From positions 54,374,001 through 54,438,000 of the forward strand of contig NC_042998.1 of the NCBI RefSeq assembly GCF_006345805.1: 64,000 nt of DNA. The letters run 5' to 3'. Positions 39,972 to 50,201 of the stretch are shown here, in pieces. Both the position numbers and the translations under genes were made by a program. This stretch comes from Octopus sinensis (Eukaryota). Below the pieces are notes generated by a model. That model was not told the DNA's origin, did no database searches, and saw only the letters and a list, made by a program, of their open reading frames with translations. Each line of letters begins with the position of its first letter. The stretch's first letter is position 1.

Positions 39972-42900
39972 GCCGAACTAATTAGAGAGAGAGTTACCTT
40001 AGATGATATGCAGTTTGGGTTCGTGCCAGGGAAAAGTACTACTGATGCTATATTCCTGGTAAGACAGCTGCAGGAGAAATACCTAGCCAAAGATAAGCCC
40101 TTGTACCTGGCTTTTGTTGACTTGGAGAAAGCCTTTGACAGGGTCCCCCGGTCCTTATCTGGTGGTCAATGAGGAAACTAGGGATAGAAGAATGGTTGGT
40201 GAGAGCTGTGCAAGCCATGTACAGAGACGCTGCTAGTAAGGTGAGGGTGGGCAACGAGTACAGTGAAGAATCCGGGTAGAGGTTGGGGTCCACCAAGGTC
40301 AGTCCTCAGTCCCCTCCTATTTATCATAGTCCTCCAGGCAATAACGGAGGAATTCAAGACAGGTTGCCCCTGGGAGCTCCTCTATGCTGATGACCTTGCT
40401 CTAATTGCTGAGTCACTATCAGAACTGGAGGAGAAGTTCCAGGTGTGGAAACAAGGATTAGAATCGAAGGGCCTTAGAATCAACCTAGCCAAAACCAAAG
40501 TTCTAATAAGTAGGAAGGTAGATCAATCACAAATGCCTTCAGGTAGATGGCCCTGCTCGATCTGTAAAAAAGGTGTAGGTAGAAACTCTATAAGATGCAC
40601 CAAGTGTAAGCTATGGACACATAAGAGGTGCAGCAATGTCAAAGGAAGGCTAACTAGGAAATAGTTTTTGTCTGTGGCAAATGCTCAGGCAATAAACACT
40701 GGAAATATGCAGAGACCAACTTCTGCCACGTTCCAGGAGACAAACTAGAAGTAGTTGATAGCTTCCGCTACCTAGGAGACCAAGTCAGTAGCGGGGGTGG
40801 GTGTGCTGAAAGTGTAACTGCTAGAGTAAGAATTCCTGGGCAAAGTTTAGAGAGCTCTTACCCCTGCTGGTGACAAAAGGCCTCTCGCTCAGAGTAAAAG
40901 GCAGACTGTATGATGCATGTGTACGTACAGCCATGCTACATGGTAGTGAAACATGGGCCGTGACTGCTGAGGATATGCGTAGCTCGCAAGAAATGAAGCC
41001 AGTATGCTCCGATGGATGTGTAATGTCAGTGTTCATAATCGTCAGAGTGTAAGTTCCTTGAGAGAAAAGCTGAACCTAAGAAGCGTCAGTTGTGGCGTGC
41101 AAGAGAGACGGCTGCGCTGGTATGGTCATGTGACAAGAAAGGCTGAAGATAGTTGTGTGCAAAAGTGCTACACCCTAGCAGTGGAGGGAACCTGTGAAGA
41201 GGTAGACCAGGAAAACCTGGGACGAGGTGGTGAAGCACGACCTTCGAACTTTAGGTCTCACTAAGGAAATGTCTAGAGACCGAGACCTATGGAAGTATGC
41301 TGTGCATGAGAAGACCCGGCAAGACTAGTCAGGCCATAACCCGTGGCCCCGACCTGGGACGTAGTCAGTCCTGTGCATACCTTCCTTCTTGTGACACTTA
41401 TGAAGACCTGTTGAGCAAGTGAAAATCAAATCAAATCAAAACAAATCAAAATAGATGAACATCAGTGGAATTGTATTCTTTGTGGTACCAGTGCCGGTGG
41501 CACACAAGAAAACCACCCAAACGTGGCCGTAACCATACCCCCCGCATCGACTGGCCTCCGTGCTGTGGGCACAACAAACACCATCCGATCGTGGCCGTTC
41601 GCCAGCCTCATCTGGCACCTGTGCCGGTGGCACATAAAGACACCATCCGAAGACCCGGCGACGTAGTCAGTCCACCTGTGCATACCTTCCCTCTTATGAC
41701 ACTTGTGAAGACCTGTTGAGGCAAGTGTGTGACACTTGTGAAGACCTGTTGAGGCAAGTGAAAATCAAACCAAATCAAAATAGATGAATATCAATGGAAT
41801 TTGTATCTTTGTGGTTCCAGTACCGGTGGCCACACAAGAAAACCATCCGAAGTGGCCGTAGCTGGTACCGCATCGACTGGCCTCCGTGCTGTGGGCACAA
41901 CAAACACCATCTGATCGTGGCCGTTCGCCAGCCTCACCTGGCACCTGTGTCGGTGGCACATAAAAACACCATCCAAAGACCCGGCGACGTAGTCAGTCCA
42001 CCTGTGCATACCTTCCCTCTTATACACTTGTGAAGACCTGTTGAGGCAGAGGCAAGTGTGTGACACTTGTGAAGACCTGTTGAGGCAGAGGCAGTGTGTG
42101 ACACTTGTGGAGACCTGTTGAGGCAAGTGTGTGACACGCGTGACACTTGTGAAGACCTGTTGAGGCAAGTGAAAATCAAACCAAATCAAAATAGATGAAC
42201 ATCAATGGAATTTGTATCTTTGTGTTCCAGTACCGGTGGCACACAGAAAACCATCCGATCGTGGCCGTTCGCCAGCCACATCTGGCACCTGTGTCGGTGG
42301 CACATAAAGACACCCATCGAAGACCCGGCGACGTAGACAGTCCACCTGTGCATACCTTCCTTCTTGTGACACTTGTGAAGACCTGTTGAGGCAAGTGACA
42401 CTTGTGAAGACCTGTTGAGGCAAGTGAAAATCAAATCAAATCAAAACAAATCAAAATAGATGAGCATAAATGGAATTTTTCCTTCTTGTGACACTGTGAA
42501 GACCTGTTGAGGCAAGTGACACTTGTGAAGACCTGTTGAGGCAAGTGAAAATCAAATCAAATCAAACACATCAAAATAGATGAGCATAAATGGAATTTGT
42601 ATCTTTGTGGTACCAGTGCCGGTGGCACACAAGAAAATCATCCGAACGTGGCCGTAGCCAGTACCCATAGACTGGCCTCCGTGCTTTGGGGACGTAACAA
42701 ACACCATCCATCGTGGCCGTCCGCCAGCCTCATCTGGCACCTGTGTCGGTGGCACATAAAAACACCATCCGAGCGTGGCCGTCTGCCAGCCTCGTCTGGC
42801 ACCTGCCAGCCTCATCTGGCACCTGTGTCGGTGGCACATAAAAACACCATCCGAGCGTGCCGTCTGCCAGCCTCGTCTGGCACCTGTGTCGGTGGCACAT

Positions 42901-43141
42901 AAAAACACCATCCGAGCGTGGCCGTTCGCCAGCCTCGTCTGGCACCTGTGTCGGTGGCACATAAAATCACCCACTACACTCTCGGAGTGGTTGGCGTTAG
43001 GAAGGGCATCCAGCTGTAGAAACACTGCCAGATCTGACTGGCCTGGTGCAGCCTTCGGGCTCCCCAGACCCCAGTTGAACCGTCCAACCCATGCTAGCAT
43101 GGAAAACGGACGCTAAATGATGATGATGATGATGATGATGA
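39971..43141 (+). mobile_element. Young 5'-truncated RTE-clade LINE (RT with inserted PHD-like finger, tandemly amplified 3' UTR, (GAT)n tail)
   Basis: QFGFVPGKSTTDAIF, AFVDLEKAFDRVPR, LLYADDL, FRYLGD, LHGSETW and RLRWYGHV motifs span 39971-41330 with 1-nt frameshifts. The element is inserted in (TA)n and antisense to KATNIP. Confidence 0.93.
41358..42960 (+). repeat. Hierarchical tandem array: ~300-340-bp units containing 28-bp and ~60-bp subrepeats and (AAATC)n
   Basis: gacgtag(t/a)cagtcc recurs at ~41358, 41660, 41986 and 42330. About 11 copies of gtgacacttgtgaagacctgttgaggcaa and five (AAATC)n-aaatagatga blocks are present. Confidence 0.9.
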
Positions 43142-43489
43142 TATAAATAAATAAAAGGAAATTCTGATTTAAGAAATCCATTTTTCTGTGCTTTATTTCA
43201 ACAGTTTTCTCTCTTTCCCAAAATATAAATAGAGAGAAGAACAAGAAATGTTTATAATAATATTTATATTTTATTTATATGTGTGTATATTTATAAGCGC
43301 ACACATGCACTTACCCACATATATACATAAATATATTTCTATCTCACACATTGTGAGTGTGTGCATGTGTGTGTGCATGTGTGTGTGTTTGTTAATGTGA
43401 GAAAAATAATATACTGTTCTGAATCCACCAGTAATAGCTGTAATTACAATACTTATTCTTCTCAAAAGATCAGTATACACATTTGAAAC

Positions 43490-44140
43490 AGCAGTGATTA
43501 AAATGACATGTACATCATTTATAACACATTTGGGTATGTGTGTCAAATGCAGGACAGTATTTGATGTGAGATATAGACTTGAAGAGCAAGTTAACTTAAG
43601 AGACTTTGTGTGTTAAAACATGTGAACCAAATGGTATTGGCAGAATGTCAATCACCAGTGTTTCAGTGTAATTTTGGTTCCTCAGAGACATATTCTACTT
43701 GATCATTTGGACTTACCTAGGAACTTTTGTAACTATATAGAAATCAGTAAACAAAATTGTTGGTACAAGCAAAATTTTGCCCAGCACAAAAGGGCAAAAA
43801 TTGAAATATTGATGTATCCACCATTCATGTATTTACAAAACTGGAAGAGTGCTTCATGTGAGATTTAGTTTCAGAGGACAACTTATCCCAAGAGACTTTG
43901 TAAGTTAAAAATGCAAGAAGCTGTAAATAATATCAGCCACTGGCATCAGACACCAGTGTTTCAGCATAGTTTCTAGTGAAACCACTGAAGTGTCATTTGG
44001 TGATAGCTAAGAACTTCTGTTGCTATACAGATATCAACAAATGAAATATTTGAGGACCAAATTTCACCATACCAAAGATAAATAACTGTACATAATTGAA
44101 ACAACAGACATTGAAATAACCATCTGTACATTATTTATAG
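43490..44140. repeat. Old ~305-bp-period tandem duplication (2 units plus a partial third)
   Basis: Paired anchors: atgtgagat (~43564/43856), aagagactttgt (~43598/43890), caccagtgtttcag (~43653/43951), tcatttgg...gaactt.tgt..ctata.aga.atca (~43703/43993). Confidence 0.65.
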
Positions 44141-44847
44141 CAGGCACCATATATTTATTTGAAGCTTGGAACTTTTATCAATGAGGAAGTGAAATTATGC
44201 TGAAACACTGTCAGTCTGAAATGTCATTTGGAGTATGTTGTGTTGAACACACTAAGTCTCTAGAACTAAATATCACACTGAAAATTGTTACATATTTGTG
44301 TATAAACAGAAGGATTATAAATGATGCAGACATCATTACTTCAAAAGAGAATTCGCATAACTTTAATAGGTTTTAGACTTTGCATTGATGGCATTTTAGA
44401 TACTGCTCTTAATCAATTACATCAATCCCAATGTTTTCTCAGATAATTACTTTATCAATCTTGTAATTGGTGTAGAGGTAAGCCTACCTTAGCATAAAGG
44501 GACCTATCTGGGGTAGAACTAAATACTACAGACTATTTTCATTCAATGCATTGATTTTGTTCAACTACCCCAACACTGATAAAAACAGTTTTTTTTTTTT
44601 GTATATGAGAGACATAAGCAATAGTGTTACTGCAGAAGAACACACACATGCACATACACTCAGCTTGGAATGCACTGCTTCTTACAGGAAAAACAACTGT
44701 GAATTAATAAAGGTGTCCAACCCATGCTAGCATGGAAAACGGACGCTAAATGATGATGATGATGATGATGATGATGATTACATAACTTTTGTCCGTTTGT
44801 CATTCATTAAGTTACACACACACATATATCAATTAACAAATGGTATA

Positions 44848-45364
44848 TCTATATATATAAAACTGTAGTTGTGTGAGTGTCTGTCTCCTACGATTTAGAT
44901 TCCTAACTCCTCCCACATTTTGCGGTGCAGTTTAACCAAATTCGGGTATCTTATAGTCGTGATTAATATCGAGCCCGTCTGGCTATTAGCGCGCATCTAC
45001 GATGAGTCTACGATTTTAAAAATAATTTAACATCATTTTTTATTCCATTTTAATGCATAATTTTTCGTGTGTCGATAGCGGTGGAGTTGGTGTCCACGCT
45101 CAAACACCTGCACCTGTGTTTGCTTCTCCCCCTTCTTCCCTCCCTCGTGAAGCTGTGGGGAAGGGAGTTTAAGGAAATCAACGTCGTAATGTGTTGTCAA
45201 GGAGACCAGCGTTCTTTTAGAACAACGACTTCATGGCTTGAAGACACCAAAACAGAAATGGCTAAGAAAGCCTGAATTGGCATCTATAAAGGAAGTAACT
45301 CTCTAAAAATGCTTATATAGTTATTTCCCTTACAAACCCGAGCAACGCCGGGCGATACTGCTAG
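44848..45364 (+). mobile_element. Complete non-autonomous Helitron (517 bp)
   Basis: Inserted between A (44847) and T (45365). It has a 5' TC, a 3' CTAG, and a subterminal hairpin CCCG-AGCAACGC-CGGG. There is no TSD. Confidence 0.88.
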
Positions 45365-45575
45365 TATATATATAAATATCAATGATAATTCTATATTAGC
45401 ATTGCAATATACCTATATACATATATACCAGACCATAGGATGCAGTTATGCACTGCTAGTCACAATACACTTCCAATGCTTTCTTGACTGTGCCATTCTT
45501 TCCCATCTTTGCCCTAAAACATTTCACTGAATTGTCTTCCCACCTTCGTGGAAACCTTCTGAATGGCCTTTTCCA

Positions 45576-45614
<39 letters not shown>

Positions 45615-46182
45615 TCTCCACTCGGTTTGCATTGACACCACTTGGACAAGAATGACGTTGTATATGTTCTACATAAATAGAAAGTCTAGCAGCTCACCAG
45701 CTGCACAAGCAAAAGTGTGGGTTAAAGCATTCATCATCTGGCACAAGATTACCTTCTCCAGTGCCACATCATCTCTGAAAGGATCTTTGTCTTGCAACTT
45801 ACTTGGTGACTCTGCTACTGCTGGTGCTATGTAAAAAGCATCCAGTCCACACTGTAAAGTGGTTAGCATTTGGAAGGGCTCCTGCTGTAAAAAAACCCTG
45901 CCAAAACTGACCTCATCTGTGCCATGTAAAATTCACTCATTTCACTCCACAGTGTGGTTAGTGAAAGGAAGGGCATCCAGTCGTAAAAAAATCATGCCAA
46001 AACAGACAGCAAAGCATGGTGCAATCTTCTGCCTAGCTAGCTCCTGTTAAACCATCCAACCCATGCCAGCATGGAAAGCAGACATATGATGATAATGATG
46101 AAAAATATTTTGTATCTTGTAGAAAAAAATATTTTGTATAAATAAAGATTTTGTATACTGTAGAACGATGACCAATTTATTA

Positions 46183-46398
46183 TACTCCTTTACTCTTTTA
46201 CTTGTTTCAGTCATTTGACTGTGGCCATGCTGGAGCACCACCTTTTAGTTGAGCAAATCGACCCCAGGACTAATTCATTGTAAGCATAGTACTTATTCTA
46301 TCGGTCTCTTTTTGCCAAACCGCTAAGTTACGGGGACGTAAACACACCAGCATCGGTTGTCAAGTGATGTTGGGGGACGAACACAGTCACACAAACAT

Positions 46399-46458
<60 letters not shown>

Positions 46459-46596
46459 ACGACGGGCTTCTTTCAGTTTCCGTCTACCAAATCCACTCAG
46501 AAGGCTTTGGTCAGCCCGAGGCTATAGTAGAAGAAACTTGCCCAAGGTGCCACGCAGTGGGACTGAACCCGGAACCCTGTGGTTGGTAAGCAAGCT
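46183..46596 (-). mobile_element. SINE family A, young copy
   Basis: Near-identical to 15943-16425. Confidence 0.88.
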
Positions 46597-47086
46597 AACA
46601 ACAAAATCTTATATGGACCCACTAGAGGTCATGTAGACCCTGGTTGAGAACCACTGATGTAGAGGATCCCCTCACTGGTGTGTGATACATGCAAGCCAAT
46701 TATGGTTAGCAAAAAAAAAAAATGCTTCATTTAGATTCAGCCCAGCTGAACAGCCGGCGTTATCCTCTCCATTGGTTTTTACATAAACTATAATGAGATC
46801 TTGATAAGTTGACACCAGTGTAACATTTATTTTCAGATCAGAATTTAGAATAAACTTTCAGGAAGAGTGTTTATTGATTTTTGTCAAATATTTCCCAATA
46901 ACTTTGCAGAACTTATTTTCTAGCATTTCCATCACATTATATCCTCAGAGCTTTCTGGAACAGCAGGAGTTTCGCAGCATGAGATCTATACATGGCAAGA
47001 AACTGGATTTTTTTTTTTTAATTTAAAAATATAGTTAAGATTTGAATGAAGTTTTGAAATTGTATTTGGTTAACAGAATTACTTAC

Positions 47087-47264
47087 TTGTCCAATGTTCT
47101 TTCATCTTGTTCATGGCCAGGTAGACTATGCAGATCTGATGGTTCTGCACTAAGCATATTCATGTTAACTGGTAATGTCTCTTTGTCTGTACTAAATATC
47201 TCTAGTCCTGTCAAGCCTAAATAATGAAGGTCACCCCAGGTTTCGGTGAAATTTAGTGTTAAAC
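47087..47264 (-). CDS. KATNIP: Internal coding exon (178 nt) of KATNIP/KIAA0556 homolog, DUF4457 repeat N-terminal half
   Basis: Minus-strand acceptor ttttcatttgtttcAG (AG at 47266-47265) and donor GTAAGT (47086-47081). It encodes (x)LTLNFTETWGDLHYLGLTGLEIFSTDKETLPVNMNMLSAEPSDLHSLPGHEQDERTLD(K), which matches the recalled KIAA0556 motif LQLNFTASWGDLHYLGLTGLE...DSRTLDK. It ends in phase 2. Confidence 0.92.
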
Positions 47265-47811
47265 CTGAAACAAATGAAAATAATAATAATAATAATAATG
47301 ATAAGGATAATAAAAATTGGAAATTCAAAAATTCAACAATGTGAACATCAGTATATATATATATATATATCTTTTTTTTCTATCAATAATTAGAAATAGG
47401 ACAAAGTGAACTGGTTCTTTTCAAGACCAAGGTCAGCACTTTCACTAATCACTTGTAGTAGTAAACACAATTGACCTCTGCTAACTCCAAGGGTATGAGG
47501 CCTCTGTTGTCCTCTTATCGTACAGGAATGCCCACTGCTGATCTCCTTACTGAATGTATTTACAGACCTATAGAATTTGGTCAATTCACCAAGCTGCTTC
47601 TCTTTCTCCTACTCTCAAGACGGTTACAAAACCAGTGATTATAGGAGTACTTGAAATGACCAGTAAAGGAACTAAAAATTAGTTGAGAATGAGCCCTGGA
47701 TTACCATTCATGTAGGGAGTGCAAAAGATAGTATTAAGTGTTAACTGCATCTACTGTTATGCAGCTACTGGTTATACCTCGCTCAGAGATTTATTATTAT
47801 TATTAATAATA

Positions 47812-48006
47812 ATCCTTTCTAATACAGGCACAAGGCTTGAAATTTTGGAGGTGGGGGGATAGTCAATTACATTGACTCCAGTGTTTCACTGGTACTTAAA
47901 GGATGAAAGGCAAAAATCGACCTTGATGGAATTTGAATTCAGAACATGAAATACCCCATTAAGCATTTTGCCCAGCATGCTAATGATTCTGCCAGCTCTC
48001 TGCCTT
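47812..48006 (-). mobile_element. SINE family C copy
   Basis: aataatcctttc...ggatgaaaggcaaaaatcgacc...gattctgccagctctctgcctt. Confidence 0.8.
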
Positions 48007-48015
48007 AATAATTAT

Positions 48016-48372
48016 GAGGAGGAGGAAGAAGAAGAAGAAGAAGAAGAAGAAGAAGAAGAAGAAGAAGAAGAAGAAGAAGAAGAGAAGAAGAAGAAGAAGA
48101 AGAAGAAGAAGAAGAAGAGAAGAAGAAGAAGAAGAAGAAGAAGAAGAAGAAGAAGAAGAAAAGAAGAAGAAGAAGAAGAAGAAGAAGAAGAAGAAGAAGA
48201 AGAAGAAGAAGAAGAAGAAGAAGAAGAAGAAGAAGAAGAAGAAGAAGAAGAAGAAAGAAGAAGAAGAAGAAGAAGAAGAAGAAGAAGAAGAAGAAGAAGA
48301 AGAAGAGAGAAGAAGAAGAAGAAGAAGAAAGAAGAAGAAGAAGAAGAAGAAGAAGAAGAAGAAGAAGAAGAA
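48016..48372 (+). repeat. (GAA)n trinucleotide tract, ~357 bp, with a few phase-shifting interruptions
   Basis: Direct read. The poly-E/K/R and poly-S/L/F ORFs in the track arise from this repeat. Confidence 0.98.
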
Positions 48373-48595
48373 GACACCTCGTCTGCTAGAGATGACAGTA
48401 GCTTGCTTCTGCTTGCAATATATATAGATTCAAGTGACATACAGTCTCTGATCTTGCAATAAGCAAAAAAGGCTAGTTCTAAAATCTCTCCAAGAGATGA
48501 ACACAGTAGTTGTACTAGCAAGTAATGTTTGTAGCAGCTTGAATTTATTTATACTGCAAGCAGAAGTTATTGCCATCTCTAGCAGACGAGGTGTC
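48373..48595. mobile_element. Fold-back MITE-like element (223 bp)
   Basis: Perfect 22-bp TIR GACACCTCGTCTGCTAGAGATG. Imperfect pairing continues inward to at least ~65 bp (cttctgcttgca.tata...attcaag). Confidence 0.8.
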
Positions 48596-49668
48596 CAGTA
48601 CTGAGAAGACACACACACACACACACACACACACACCACACACACACTTACATATACGATGGGCTTCTTTCAGTTTCTGCCTACCAAATCCACTCACAAG
48701 GCTTTGATCGACCCGAAGCTATACTAGAAGACACTCGTTCAAGGCACCATGCAGTGAGACAGAACCATGTGGTTGGAAGGAAGCTTTTTTACCACACAGC
48801 CACTCTTGCTATATATTATTATATATTATATATTATTCGTTAACAAGAGTAGTATTGACAATGACTCCAAAGTTTCAGCCAGCTCAACATTCACTGGACT
48901 ATATAGATATATATATATATATACATACATACATAATGGGCTTAGCTTCTTTCAGTGTTCATTTATGAAATCCCCTCACAAGACTTCAATTGGTTTGAGG
49001 CTATTATAGAAGACACTTGCCCCAAGTACCACACAGTGGGACTGAACCAAAGACAACATGGTTGGGAAAAAGGGTCTTAACCACACAGTCATGCCTGCAA
49101 CTATATTCTATAACAACAACTCATTTCAACCAGAAATGGTTTGGATATTTAAGTAATGGCTACATAAAAAAAAAATAATAATAATAAATTTTAGCAGCAG
49201 GTTAAGTAAAAATAGCAATTAACAATTACTTTCTTCAAATGTTTTTTTTTTTTTTCTGTAAATAAACTAACTAAATGCATCTAGAAAACATATTTTGTGA
49301 TAATCTCACTTTTATCCTGGGTAAATATTGGCCAATTACCTACACACTTAAGGCATCTGTGGAAGAAGTAAACCTTAGATTTCTTAACTGCTATGTCAAA
49401 GACTGCCTGCCATCAATAATGTGAATTGGCATGCTAGTTCTAAATTGTATACTTTCTTTAAGAAGCAGGCACAAATTTGCTGTTAACTACACCACTTGCA
49501 ATTCTTATTGTAGAAAACCACTTTAAGAAACCCTAAACAAATGGTAATCTGTTGGTACAAACATATTGGTAGACAGGCATTACAAAAATCAAATGTCAAT
49601 AATCGCTTCACAGACACACACTCAAACTTTCACACATCTGTACATATGTATGTGCACACGTGAGTAGA

Positions 49669-49704
<36 letters not shown>

Positions 49705-49713
<9 letters not shown>

Positions 49714-49890
49714 TTATATACACATATACGTACATTTGTGTATCTATATGTATGTATTTACATATCTGAATCTGTGTGTGTGTATTTATATATATATATA
49801 TATATATAAATACACACACACACAGATTCAGATATGTAAATACATAGATATAGATACACAAATGTATGAATATGTGTATATAAATATATA
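49705..49890. repeat. Long (TA)n-centred palindrome, ~80-bp arms
   Basis: tacatttgtgtatctatatgtatgtatttacatatctgaatctgtgtg is mirrored by cacacagattcagatatgtaaatacatagatatagatacacaaatgta, with about 3 substitutions plus one TG unit. Confidence 0.9.
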
Positions 49891-50040
49891 TATATACACA
49901 TACACATCCTTTTTGTTCTGTTTTTGATTTCATTTGATACATATATATATACATATAAATAAGCATGCATATACTCACACACACACATGCTTATAGAGAG
50001 ATAGATAGATATAAGAATATATAAATATGCATATACATGT

Positions 50041-50132
50041 ATATACTCATATACAAGCATATATAGTGTGCATATATTTATATACTCATATACAAGCATA
50101 TATAGTGTGCATATATTTATATACTCATATAC
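50041..50132 (+). repeat. 39-bp tandem repeat, ~2.4 copies
   Basis: atatactcatatacaagcatatatagtgtgcatatattt is repeated. Confidence 0.85.
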
Positions 50133-50164
50133 GTACATGTATATACATATATAAACACAAGCAC

Positions 50165-50201
<37 letters not shown>

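Larger units (their letters stand above)
31174..47086 (-). other. KATNIP: 15,913-bp GT-AG intron of KATNIP
   Basis: Phase-compatible splice sites join two exons whose peptides are contiguous in homologs. Confidence 0.85.

Noticed and set aside
41391-42545. CRISPR-like array of 28-bp direct repeats
   Set aside because: There are no unique spacers of regular length and no cas genes. The repeats are abutting or separated by other repeated LINE 3'-UTR sequence in a eukaryotic intron.
47968-48521. Long poly-Glu/Lys/Arg and poly-Ser/Leu ORFs
   Set aside because: They are translations of the (GAA)n microsatellite, with no splice or homology support.
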